Assembly (NCBI GenBank): GCA_027064305.1
Contig: JAMOPY010000015.1
Span: 1-55,942, forward strand
Direction: 5' to 3'
DNA length: 55,942 nucleotides
Origin: Methanobacteriota archaeon
GTDB lineage: Archaea > JAADCQ01 > Methanopyri > Methanopyrales > Methanopyraceae
Made by a program: the position numbers and the translations under genes. Below, in pieces: positions 39,478 through 48,700 of this stretch; position 1 is the first letter of the stretch; the number at the start of each line of letters is the position of its first letter. The notes beneath the pieces are model-generated. The model was given only the letters and a program-made list of their open reading frames with translations, made no database searches and had not been told where the DNA came from.

Positions 39478-39985
39478 CCGCCAGGAACTCGACCAGGTCG
39501 CGCGCCTCCCGGGCGAACCGACGGAACGCCCCCTCCGCCCGCCACCACTCCCCGTCCACGCTCACGAGACCGCGCGAGACCAGCCGTCGGAGGGCCAGCT
39601 CCACCAAGCCGTCCCTTCGGGAATCCCCCGTGCGACCCAGGCGCAGCGCGGCCGCCCGGCGCCCGCGCCACCGCACCACCCTCAGGGGCAGCGACCGGCC
39701 CCCGATCGGTCCCAAGAGATCGCACACGAGGCAGGTCACGTACAGGTCCTCGTCCCGGAGGTACCGGCGCCCGGATTCCAGCACCCGACCCGCCGCCTCC
39801 AGCTCCCACATCGGCACGAACCCGCGCGGCCGGTACTTACCCACGTCCCGCGGGTGACAGTACGGGGGACCTCCCAGCGGGCAGGCGAACGCTCGGTGCC
39901 CGATCTCACGCAGGACCACCTCGCACAGGCTCCTCTTAAGCAGCCTCCGGCAGTCCTCCCCCGAGAGCGATCGAACCAGGACCAA
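39416..39985 (-). CDS. Hypothetical protein with Cys motifs and a possible C-terminal winged helix
   Basis: Fills the aksA-aksD gap; CPLGGPPYCH, CLVC, ALRRLVSRGLV. Confidence 0.5.
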   Translation of the reverse strand: MVLVRSLSGEDCRRLLKRSLCEVVLREIGHRAFACPLGGPPYCHPRDVGKYRPRGFVPMWELEAAGRVLESGRRYLRDEDLYVTCLVCDLLGPIGGRSLPLRVVRWRGRRAAALRLGRTGDSRRDGLVELALRRLVSRGLVSVDGEWWRAEGAFRRFAREARDLVEFLAANDLLAIPPRASRSPGALSR

Positions 39986-40011
39986 CCGGGGGGCACCCCG
40001 GGGGGACCGGG

Positions 40012-41250
40012 TTGGCCACCGTGGTGGAGCGCTTCCTGTCTGAAAAATGTGGCGAGCGCGTGGAGGCGGGGGACGTGGCGGTCGTCGAGCCGGACGTGAT
40101 CATGCTGCACGACGGGTCCGGGGCCACCGCCCTCCGCACCCTCCGGGAGCTCGGTACGGAGCGCGTGAAGCGCCCGGACCGGGTCGTCCTGATCTTCGAT
40201 CACTCCGTCCCGCCCAGCTCGGTGGAGGCGGCCAACCGGCAGAACGAGCTCCTCGCGTTCGCCCGCCGGCACGGGATTGAGCGCGTGCACGTGGACGAGG
40301 GGGTCTGCCACCAGATCCTCGTGGAGCGCGGGTACGCCCGGCCCGGCCGGGTGATCTTCGGCGGGGACTCGCACACGCCGACGGCCGGGGGCGTCGCCGC
40401 GCTCGGGTTCGGCTTCGGCGGCACCGACATGGCCTTCACCCTCCTCTACGGGGAGCTCTGGCTCCGCGTGCCCCGGACCATCCGCGTGCACGTGACCGGC
40501 GACCTCGGACCCGGGGTCACCGCGAAGGACCTCGCCCTGACCATCGTCGGGGAGCTGGGCGCCGGGTACGCGGACTACGCCGTCCTCGAGTACACCGGGC
40601 TGCCGGAGCGGCTGCCCGTGGGCGACCGAATGTGCCTGTGCAACCTGGCGACGGAGGCCGGGGCCAAGTCGGCCTACGTACCGCCCGCGGAGGGACCGGA
40701 GCGGCTGCGCCCCGGGGACGCCGACGAGACCGTGGAGCTCGACGCCTCGGAGGTGGAACCCGTCGTCTCCGTCCCGGACGCCGTGGACCGCGTGAGGCCG
40801 GTCGGGGACGTGCAGGGCGAGGAGATCACCCGCGTGTTCGTGGGCTCGTGCACCAACGGGCGCTACCGCGACATCCGGGCGTTCACCGAGGCGCTGGACG
40901 CGCTCGGCGGGCCCGACCCGAACGTCCGCATCGTCGTCGTCCCGGCCTCCCGACGCGTCCTGCTTCGACTGGCCCGGGACGGAACCCTCGAGCGGCTGAT
41001 CGAGCTGGGGGCGAGCGTGGCCCCGCCCGGCTGCGGTCCCTGCCTGGGCGAGCACCTGGGCGTCCTGGGTGACGACGACGTGTGCGTGTCCACCGCCAAC
41101 CGGAACTTCCCGGGTCGGATGGGTTCGGTCGAGGCGGACATCTACCTGGCCAGCCCGCTCACGGCGGCCGTCGCCGCCGCTCGGGGCGAGCTGGCGGACC
41201 CGAGGGAGGAGCTGCCTCGAACCGCGCTCGAGCGGGTGAGCGGCTCGTGA
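40012..41250 (+). CDS. aksD: Homoaconitase/isopropylmalate isomerase large subunit
   Basis: HD, DH, GVCHQ, DSHT, GSCTNGR, CGPCLG, NRNFPGRMG, YLASP. Confidence 0.75.
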   Translation: MATVVERFLSEKCGERVEAGDVAVVEPDVIMLHDGSGATALRTLRELGTERVKRPDRVVLIFDHSVPPSSVEAANRQNELLAFARRHGIERVHVDEGVCHQILVERGYARPGRVIFGGDSHTPTAGGVAALGFGFGGTDMAFTLLYGELWLRVPRTIRVHVTGDLGPGVTAKDLALTIVGELGAGYADYAVLEYTGLPERLPVGDRMCLCNLATEAGAKSAYVPPAEGPERLRPGDADETVELDASEVEPVVSVPDAVDRVRPVGDVQGEEITRVFVGSCTNGRYRDIRAFTEALDALGGPDPNVRIVVVPASRRVLLRLARDGTLERLIELGASVAPPGCGPCLGEHLGVLGDDDVCVSTANRNFPGRMGSVEADIYLASPLTAAVAAARGELADPREELPRTALERVSGS

Positions 41251-41750
41251 GGTGGGAGGGGCGCGCCTGGGTGTTCGGGGACAACGTGGACACGGATCAG
41301 ATCATCCCGGGCCGGTACCTGAGGCGGGTCTCCTACGACGAGCTGGGCCGGTACGCGATGACCGGGGCGGACCCGGAGTTCCCGGAGAAGGTGCGGGAGG
41401 GTGACATCCTCGTCGCGGGCCGGAACTTCGGGTGCGGGTCCTCCCGGGAGCAGGCGGTCATGGCCCTGCAGCAGGCCGGGATCGCGTGCGTGGTCGCCGA
41501 GTCCTTCGCCCGGATCTTCTACCGAAACGCCCTGAACCGGGGCCTGCCCACGGTGGAGGCGCGCGAGGATCCCACGGAGATCGTGGAGGATGGGGAGCGG
41601 GTCGTCGTCGACCTGGACGAACTCGTCCTGAGGTCGGAGTCGGGCGAGGTGCCCCTGCGTGAGCCCCCGGAGTTCGCCCGGAGGGCCTGGCGGGAGGGCG
41701 GGCTGCTGGAGCTTGCCCGGAGGAACCCGGAGCGGCCCCCGTGGCGGTGA
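41247..41750 (+). CDS. aksE: Homoaconitase small subunit
   Basis: GDNVDTDQIIPGRYLRR (YLR-type loop), NFGCGSSREQA, FARIFYRN. Confidence 0.75.
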   Translation: MRWEGRAWVFGDNVDTDQIIPGRYLRRVSYDELGRYAMTGADPEFPEKVREGDILVAGRNFGCGSSREQAVMALQQAGIACVVAESFARIFYRNALNRGLPTVEAREDPTEIVEDGERVVVDLDELVLRSESGEVPLREPPEFARRAWREGGLLELARRNPERPPWR

Positions 41751-41757
41751 CGCCGAG

Positions 41758-42135
41758 CTGCGGGCGCTGCTCCGGATCGTGCGGGAGCTGAGGGCAAGGC
41801 GGGTCGTGGAGGTGGGTCACGGGCGGAACCTGCGGTACCTCTCGTTCCTGCGGGAGCGCGGCGTGGACGCGGTCGGGGTCGAGGTGCGGGTCGAGCACGT
41901 GCGGCGGGCGCTGGATCGCGGGCTGCCCTCCGTGAACGCGGACGCCGTCGGAGCGTCGGGCTGGATCCGGCGGGTGCTGGACCCGGACCTGGTCTACGCG
42001 GTGAGGCCGCCGGTGGAGCTGGCCCTCGATCTCGTTCGAGAGTACTCGCCGGTGGCGCTGCGGATGCGGTGGGAGGAGCGGGGGGAGCTACCGGGGCCGG
42101 CGCGTCGTCTGGGTCCCTGGGACGTCTACGGCTAG
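41758..42135 (+). CDS. UPF0146 family protein, probable CTG start
   Basis: RVVEVGHG, DLVYAVRPPVEL; GGTGA lies 7 nt before the CTG. Confidence 0.65.
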   Translation: MRALLRIVRELRARRVVEVGHGRNLRYLSFLRERGVDAVGVEVRVEHVRRALDRGLPSVNADAVGASGWIRRVLDPDLVYAVRPPVELALDLVREYSPVALRMRWEERGELPGPARRLGPWDVYG

Positions 42136-43247
42136 AGGTACTCCCGGACGCGGTCGTACAGGACCGAGCCCGCCGCCAGGAACCCGACCATGAAGCCCAG
42201 CAGGACGAGCAGGTCCACCGGGTCGAGGTAGCCCAGCAGCGCCGCCTTCCGGGCCGCGTCACCCATGTAGTACATCGGGTTGATGGTGGCGAGCGCCCGG
42301 GCCCAGCCTGGCATGACGCTGATCGGCATGAAGATGCCGGAGAGGAACATCATTGGTATGGTCACCGTCCCCGTGGCCATCTCCGCGACCTCCGAGCGGC
42401 CGGCGAGTGACGCCATGAGGAGTCCGAGCCCGACCATCGTGGCGGCGGAGAGCGCCCCCACCAGGAAGAGCAGGATGGGGTGGAGGATCTTCGCGCCCAG
42501 GGCCAGCGCGACGAGCACGATGATCGCGCACCGGACGCAGCCCCAGACGGTCATGTTCACGAACCGTCCGATGACGACGTCCCGGGCCCGGATGGGGGCC
42601 GCGAAGAGGGCGTAGGACACGCCCAGCTCGATCTCCTCCATCATGAGGCGTCCGAGCCCGAAGATGGAGCCCATCGCCGCGGTCATGACGGCCAGCCCGG
42701 GGATCAGGTAGTCGAAGTACTTGAGTCCCTTCACCGGCGTTCGCACGTGGAACGGGTTGAATCGAGGCGCGTGGACGGCGGGTCGCACGGGCATCATCCT
42801 CAGCACCGGGGCCAGCCGCTTCATGGAGGACTTGAGGGAGCTCGCTACGTGCTTCGCCCAGGCCCGCTGGATCTTGCTCAGGACGTACCGGGATCCCATC
42901 GGGTCGGTTGGATCGTAGTAGACCTCGGCCTTGCGGTCCGGGAACCCGGACGGTAGGTACAGGAAAACCGAGGCCGAGCCCCGTCGGACCAGGTCTCGCC
43001 CCTCCCGAACGCTCTTCACGTGGATCAGGTGGACCCGGTGGTCACGCTTCAGCTGGTCGACGATCGGGTCCCCGGAGCCCGAGTCGTGCCGGAGGATCGC
43101 GACGTTGACGCTGGTCGGATTCACGTCGTAGAAGGCGCCGTACATCATGATCATCACGATGACGGGCATGGTGAAGGTGACCGTCATCCGCCTCCGGTCC
43201 TTCACCCACGCCTTGAGGTCCCGGGCGGCGATCGCGCGCCAGCTCAC
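42132..43247 (-). CDS. ABC-2 type exporter permease
   Basis: N-terminal TM, large loop, YFDYLIPG, PMMFLSGIFMP, INPMYY. Confidence 0.88.
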   Translation of the reverse strand: MSWRAIAARDLKAWVKDRRRMTVTFTMPVIVMIMMYGAFYDVNPTSVNVAILRHDSGSGDPIVDQLKRDHRVHLIHVKSVREGRDLVRRGSASVFLYLPSGFPDRKAEVYYDPTDPMGSRYVLSKIQRAWAKHVASSLKSSMKRLAPVLRMMPVRPAVHAPRFNPFHVRTPVKGLKYFDYLIPGLAVMTAAMGSIFGLGRLMMEEIELGVSYALFAAPIRARDVVIGRFVNMTVWGCVRCAIIVLVALALGAKILHPILLFLVGALSAATMVGLGLLMASLAGRSEVAEMATGTVTIPMMFLSGIFMPISVMPGWARALATINPMYYMGDAARKAALLGYLDPVDLLVLLGFMVGFLAAGSVLYDRVREYL

Positions 43248-43251
43248 GTTC

Positions 43252-43959
43252 TCACTCCCCCACCACCTGGGCCGCGACGGCCCGGTACGCGTCCAGTACG
43301 GACCCGTGCTCGCTCATGAGCCGGTCGAAGGGCTCGTCCAGGGCCTTGCGACCCTCCAGGAAGATCAGCACGCGGTCCGGCTCCAGCTGCTCCACCTCGT
43401 GCACGTCGTGGGAGACGTAGAGGACGGTCGTGCCGGACTCGTTGTACTCTCGCACGGCCTCGATCACGTCCTGTCGGGCCGTCGGGTCCAGCTCGTTGGT
43501 CGGCTCGTCCAGGACCAGGATCTCGGGCCGGAGGGCGAGGGCCAGGGCGACGGCGGCGCGCTTCCGCATGCCGCCGGAGAGGTGCTCCACGCGTCGGTCC
43601 ATGTACCGGTGCACCTCCAGGAGCTCGAACGGCTCCTCGTCCGGCTCGACACCGTACAGCTTGGCGTAGAACCGGACGTTCTCCCGGACGGTCTGCTCGA
43701 GGTACAGGCCCCCCTGCTGGGGCACGATGGAGACGCGGCGCTTGACGTCCGGGTCGGACGGGTCGCCCCCCAGCACGCGGATCTCGCCCCGGGTGGGCTT
43801 GGTGACCCCGCACACGATCTTGATGAACGTGGACTTGCCCGCACCGTTGGGCCCGAGGATGGCCACGAGCTCGCCCCGGTCCACCTCCACGTCCACGGAG
43901 CGGAGGGCGACGACCCTCCCGTACTCCTTCCACAGGTCCCGGGCGAGGACGGCGGGCAA
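43252..43959 (-). CDS. ABC exporter ATP-binding protein
   Basis: GPNGAGKST, LSGGMRKR, LVLDEPT, SH. Confidence 0.9.
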   Translation of the reverse strand: MPAVLARDLWKEYGRVVALRSVDVEVDRGELVAILGPNGAGKSTFIKIVCGVTKPTRGEIRVLGGDPSDPDVKRRVSIVPQQGGLYLEQTVRENVRFYAKLYGVEPDEEPFELLEVHRYMDRRVEHLSGGMRKRAAVALALALRPEILVLDEPTNELDPTARQDVIEAVREYNESGTTVLYVSHDVHEVEQLEPDRVLIFLEGRKALDEPFDRLMSEHGSVLDAYRAVAAQVVGE

Positions 43960-44030
43960 GGCGGGCCCCGCGGCGGCCCGCCGGCTCCCGGTATTTCCGG
44001 TTGTTACCCGAGGGCCTCGGTTGGGGGCGT

Positions 44031-44053
44031 ATCGTTTCGAGTATCGTAACGAT
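44031..44053. repeat. Dispersed intergenic palindrome, copy 5
   Basis: ATCGTTTCG-AGTAT-CGTAACGAT followed by CGG. Confidence 0.82.
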
Positions 44054-44066
44054 CGGCTCGGGGCGC

Positions 44067-44606
44067 TCAGCGCAGGGCCTCGACGAACGCTTCCGCCAGC
44101 TCCTCCTCGAACCCCACCAGGAAGATCCTGCGGACGCGCTCAAGCCTCGGGGCCAGCTCCCGGATGACCCCGACCATCACCTCCGCCGCGTCCTCGTAGG
44201 GGACGCCGCCGACCCCGGTGCCCATGCCCGGGAACGCGACGGACTCCACGCCCAGCTCCTCGGCCTTCTCCAGGGCCGCGCGGGTGGCCTTCTCCACGTT
44301 CTCCACCCCGATCCGCTGGGCCGGCCGCTCCATCGTGGGCGCGTGGATCACGTACTCCGCGCTCAGTCGACCCGCGGTCGTGGCGACGGCCTCGCCCACG
44401 GGGATCGGCGCCTTCTCGCGGGCCTCGCGCTCGATCTCCTCCCCGCCCTTCTCCTTGATCGCGGCCGCCACGCCGCCCCCCATCACGCCCCGGCTGTTGG
44501 CGGGGTTCACGATCGCGTCCGCCTCCTCCAGCTCGGTGATGTCCCCCTGCAGGACGATCACCTCGACGCCCTCCACCTCGGTGCGGTACACCTCCCGGAG
44601 CGGCAA
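44067..44606 (-). CDS. Macrodomain (ADP-ribose-binding/hydrolase) protein
   Basis: QGDIT, DAIVNPAN, MGGGVAAAI, YVIHAP, AFPGMGTGVG; TTG start after GGGGGGAG. Confidence 0.92.
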   Translation of the reverse strand: MPLREVYRTEVEGVEVIVLQGDITELEEADAIVNPANSRGVMGGGVAAAIKEKGGEEIEREAREKAPIPVGEAVATTAGRLSAEYVIHAPTMERPAQRIGVENVEKATRAALEKAEELGVESVAFPGMGTGVGGVPYEDAAEVMVGVIRELAPRLERVRRIFLVGFEEELAEAFVEALR

Positions 44607-44617
44607 CGGGCTCCCCC

Positions 44618-44676
44618 CGCCTCGGGAACCCCGTCGTGTCTTCATCCGGTCCGATGGCGCGGTGATCCTCATCGGC
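44618..44676 (-). ncRNA. C/D box sRNA
   Basis: ATGAGGA-TCACCGCGCCAT-CGGA-ccgg-ATGAAGA-CACGACGGGGTTC-CCGA. Confidence 0.75.
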
Positions 44677-44686
44677 CGGGCGGGGG

Positions 44687-44749
44687 CCGGTTTCGGCCCC
44701 CGTCGTACTCATCACCGCTCAGGGGGGACAATGGATCCTCATCAACCGG
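44687..44749 (-). ncRNA. C/D box sRNA
   Basis: CCGGTT stem; ATGAGGA-TCCATTGTCCCCC-CTGA-gcg-GTGATGA-GTACGACGGGGG-CCGA; AACCGG stem. Confidence 0.85.
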
Positions 44750-44766
44750 GTTGACCGTGAGAACGA

Positions 44767-44850
44767 GGGTGTGCCCGGCGGCTTGCCCGCCCCCTCATCC
44801 ACGCCCCCGAGCGGGGCGTCGGGGGACGGCCTCGGACGGGTTTACCGGGC
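44767..44850 (-). ncRNA. H/ACA pseudouridylation guide sRNA
   Basis: Lower stem GCCCGG/CCGGGC followed by ACA; apical K-turn (CCCCC-GA-CGCCCC/GGGGCG-tgGATGA-GGGGG); 14 nt from upper stem to ACA. Confidence 0.75.
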
Positions 44851-44920
44851 TGCCGACCGGTCGGGGCATCCCCGGCGGGTGAGGGCCGCCCGGTTCCCGA
44901 CCGTCGGTGGATCGCGCGTG

Positions 44921-44940
44921 GGATTATAACCGTTTTTCCG
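44921..44940 (-). promoter_or_regulatory. BRE/TATA promoter for the sRNA cluster
   Basis: CGGAAAAACGGTTATAATCC on the minus strand. Confidence 0.7.
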
Positions 44941-44990
44941 ACCGTCGGATCCGGAGAGTCCCCAAGCGACCGACGGGCGGGGCGTGGGAG

Positions 44991-45740
44991 GTGACGCTGC
45001 GCGAGTACCTGATGCGGCTGAGGGAGTGCAGCGCCCTGCACCGGCCGGACCGGGAGATCCCGGTGGCGCAGGCGATGCTGCCCTGGGTGCTGACCTACGC
45101 GTCGTGGATCGCCGCGTCGCTGCTGCGGGCGTCGACGTCGGCGGTCCCGGGACTCTCGGGGTCGGTGGGGGCGCTCGGTCTCGCGGTCCTGGGTGGGATG
45201 CTGGCCGGCGAGGCGCTCTACCTGTACTACCTGTACCTGCTGATCCGGCGCCGGAACGAGCACTTCGAGCGCTCGTTTCGGTTCTTTTCGACGCTGATCC
45301 GGCTGCTGCGCGAGGCGGGGTACGAGGACGTGGCGGCGCTCGAGCTGGAGGTCGAGCGGCTGCGGGGGGAGCCGAGGAACCCGGTGCTGTGGGTGCTCCT
45401 CTCGCTGGTCCCGATCCTGGGGCTCCTGGCGGTACTGTACGTGTACCACTCGCTGAACCGGGACTTCCACGAGCACTCGACCGTGGAGCGGGGCCTGGTG
45501 GAGGGGGTGGCCCGGGCCGTGGGGATGAGCCCGTACGAGCCCCCGTTCGAGGTGGAGGAGCTGGAGCCGGTGCCGCGCAGGAGCACCGTGCTGTACCTCG
45601 CGCTAACGGTGCTGACGTTGGGGGCCTTCACGGTGTACTGGTGGTACACCCTGATCCGGGACCCGAACGAGCACTTTCGGGCGCACGAGCGGTTCGAGCG
45701 GCGGTTGATCCGGGCGCTGGAGGAGGGGATGGAGGGGTAG
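44991..45740 (+). CDS. Membrane protein with internal repeats (DUF4234-like)
   Basis: Three TM-hairpin units ending RNEHF, DFHEH and DPNEHF; LTVLTLGAFTVYWWY. Confidence 0.7.
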   Translation: MTLREYLMRLRECSALHRPDREIPVAQAMLPWVLTYASWIAASLLRASTSAVPGLSGSVGALGLAVLGGMLAGEALYLYYLYLLIRRRNEHFERSFRFFSTLIRLLREAGYEDVAALELEVERLRGEPRNPVLWVLLSLVPILGLLAVLYVYHSLNRDFHEHSTVERGLVEGVARAVGMSPYEPPFEVEELEPVPRRSTVLYLALTVLTLGAFTVYWWYTLIRDPNEHFRAHERFERRLIRALEEGMEG

Positions 45741-45741
45741 G

Positions 45742-48700
45742 CTATCCCCCGACCTCCCGGAGCGCCGCGAGTAGGAGGCCGACGAGGCCGCGCTCCCGGA
45801 GGAGCTCCCGCGCGCGTTCCGACAGCCGGTACGCGCCGTCGGCCGGCTCGAAGAGGTCCGTGTCGGCCAGCGGTCCGAGCTCGTCCCGGGAGAGGGTCGC
45901 CCCCTCTCCCTCCTCGGCGATCCGGCGCAGCGCGGTGGCGGCCTCGCGCACCCGCTCCGCGAGGTCCTCGGGCAGGCGCAGCTCCTCGATGAGGGCGGTG
46001 ATCTCCTCCTTCCCGGCGGGCACGCGGGCGCGGCCGGCGTAGAACTCGGTCTCCCGGTACTCCCGGGCCCGGTCGATGACCCAGCCGAGCACGGGCGTCT
46101 GGACCCGGCCGGCGCTGAGCCAGGTCATGGCCTCGAGCCGGACGTCGGGCTCGATCTCCTCCCCGTTCGCGAGCGCCTTCACCTTCACGGCCTCCTCCCG
46201 CACGGACTCGGCGTCGCCGAGCTTCCGGTCCTCGTCCATGAGGGTGGCGACGTAGGTCACCGGGCCGCCCCTGGTGATGCGGGTGCGGACGACGTACTCG
46301 TCGCCCTCCCGGCGCACGCGGACGGGTCGGGCGGGGGTGCGCCCGTCGTCGAACCGTCGTCGGAAGGAGACGATCCTGACGCCCTCGGGGAGGCGGAGCC
46401 GGAGCTCGATGAGCGTGCCGCGGTCGTGCTCGCCCAGGTCGATGGTGAGCCGCTTGAACACGTCCCACAGGTCCTGGGAGAGGGCGAAGCCGATCCAGCG
46501 GTCGGCGACCCGTCGGAGGATCTGGGCGGACACGCGGCCCGCGTCCACCTCCTTCCAGTTCTCCTCCCTCAGGGCCTCGGTGATGCCGCGCCGGGTGACC
46601 TCGTGGAACTCGGTCCGGTGCACCTCCGCGGTGACCCATCCGAGGTAGTTGAACACGTCCCACCCGATCTTCTCTCCCTCGGTGTCCGGGTCCGTGCCGA
46701 TGAGGATGACGTCCGCCTCGGCGGCGAGGTCCCGGATGGACTCCAGAAGGGCCGTCTTCAGCTCGACCTCGCCCCCGCAGTTCGGGCACTCCTCGCGGCC
46801 CACGACCTGCTCCCCGCACTCCCGGCACCGGCCCAGGACGTCGTACACGGGCACCCACCGGTCGCCCACCCGCTCCACGCCGAAGACGCCCGCGTCCTCC
46901 ACGAGGTCCGCGACGTGCCCCTGCGTGGCGACGACGGTCAGGTGCAGGCCCTCGGCCGTGGTCTCGTAGGCCACGCCGCCCTCCAACCGGCGCCGGGAGG
47001 GGCGGCGCGAGAAGAGGGAGGCGATCATCCGGGCCTTGTTCGGCGACTCGACGATCATCAGGGCCGAGCGCGCGAGCCGGCCGGCCTCCTCCGGCTCGAG
47101 CTCGCCCCGGAGGATCCGGTGCACGCGCTCTCGGTCCCGGTCCACCCGCTCCACCAGCTCGCTCAACCGCTCCTCGGACAGCCCCTTCAGCCGCAGCCCG
47201 ATGTCCTCCGCCGTGAGCTCCTCCGGGTAGGACCGCCACTCGAACTCGGTCCCGTACGCGTAGGACATCCGCCGAATCAGCCCGTTGAGGAGTCGCAGCT
47301 CCCGCTCGTCCTCGGGGTCGCAGAGCACGAAGGACAGCCCGAAGGTCACCCCGCCGGCGAACAGCCGGCTCACGCGCCCGCTGGCCTGCACGTACGTCCG
47401 CAGGTCCGGCACCTCGAGGAAGGACTCGCCGTCCTCCTCCCGCACGGCCACCGTGGTCGCCTCGCGCGCGAGCCGCTCCACCCGCTCCCGGTCCCCGAGC
47501 AGATCGAGCAGCTCCCGGACGCCCTCGGCCAGCGTGCGCACGTTCCGGGCCAGCCAGGGCTCCACGTCCAGCTCGTCGGCGAGCTCGTCCGCGTCCCGAT
47601 CGGCCAGCCTCCGGAGCTCCTCGATGGAGAGGTCCTCGACGGCCTCCTCAACCCGCTCCCGGTACCAGGCGCCGCGCCGGACGATCCGCCAGAGCCGGCC
47701 GGCGACGCCCTCGAGCCGACTCCGCAGCCGGGCGTCGTCAACCAGCCGCGCGAGGTTGGAGAGGGCGGAGGCGACGTAGGTCACGTCCTTCAGGTCCTCC
47801 TCTCGGGGCGTGAGGCGGATGCGCTGCCGCGGGATCCCGTAGAAGATCGCGTACCGGGCCGCCTGGGGCAGGTCCAGCCCGCGCACGATGACGCCGTACG
47901 GGCTGGCGACGGCGACGAGCACGTCCACCTCGCCCTCCGCGAACGCGTCGATCGCCTCCTCCCGCTCCTCGGCCGGCGTGCCCGCGTGCACCGCCCGGGC
48001 CTCGATCCCGTGGTCCCTCAGGTACTCGGCCAGCTCCTCCGCCACCTCCCGCGCCCGCGCGCCCCCGGGCAGCCGCTGCGGCACGAAGATCAGGCCGCCT
48101 TGCGGGCCCACGCGCTCCGCGAGCTCGCGCACGGCCTCCGGGGAGGGTCTCCTCGGTACGGCCACGTCCTGGATGTTCCGGGGACCCTCGCCGCCGGCGC
48201 CCACCTCGAAGTCGAACAGCTCTCGGACGATCGCGAGCCTGCGGGAGGGGGCGGCGGCCCCCGTCGCGCTCATGAAGACGATCCGGGCGAGGTCCCGGTC
48301 CCGGGCCCGCTCGACCTGCGACTCGAGCTCCTCCATCTCCCGCTCGATCCGCTCCAGATCGCGCCGGACCCGCTCGGCCCGGCGCTCCTCGCCGCGCTCC
48401 TCCAGCGACTCGAGCCAGTCGCGCAGGGAGTAGTACCGGCGCCGGAGGTTCGCGAGGCGGTACGCGGCGTCGATCTCCTCCTGCCTCAGGCCGGCCACCC
48501 GGAGCAGGCGGTCCACGTTGCGGCCCGTCCCGCGGATGATCGCGTCCACGTCGTCGACGAAGATCACGTCGAAGTCGAGCCGCTCGAGCTCGTCCACCCG
48601 GTGCACCAGGAACTGGGCCGTGGTGATCAGGACGTCGAAGTCGCCCTCCCGGATGCGCCGCTGGGCCTCGGCCCGGCGCTCCCGGGGTAGGGCCGCGTGG

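Noticed and set aside
44851-44905. Upstream GC hairpin as a separate H/ACA or C/D RNA
   Set aside because: It has no ACA box and no complete set of C/D boxes; kept only as part of the putative precursor
46130-46470. Intein in reverse gyrase
   Set aside because: No N-terminal Cys/Ser block, no His-Asn end and no LAGLIDADG motifs
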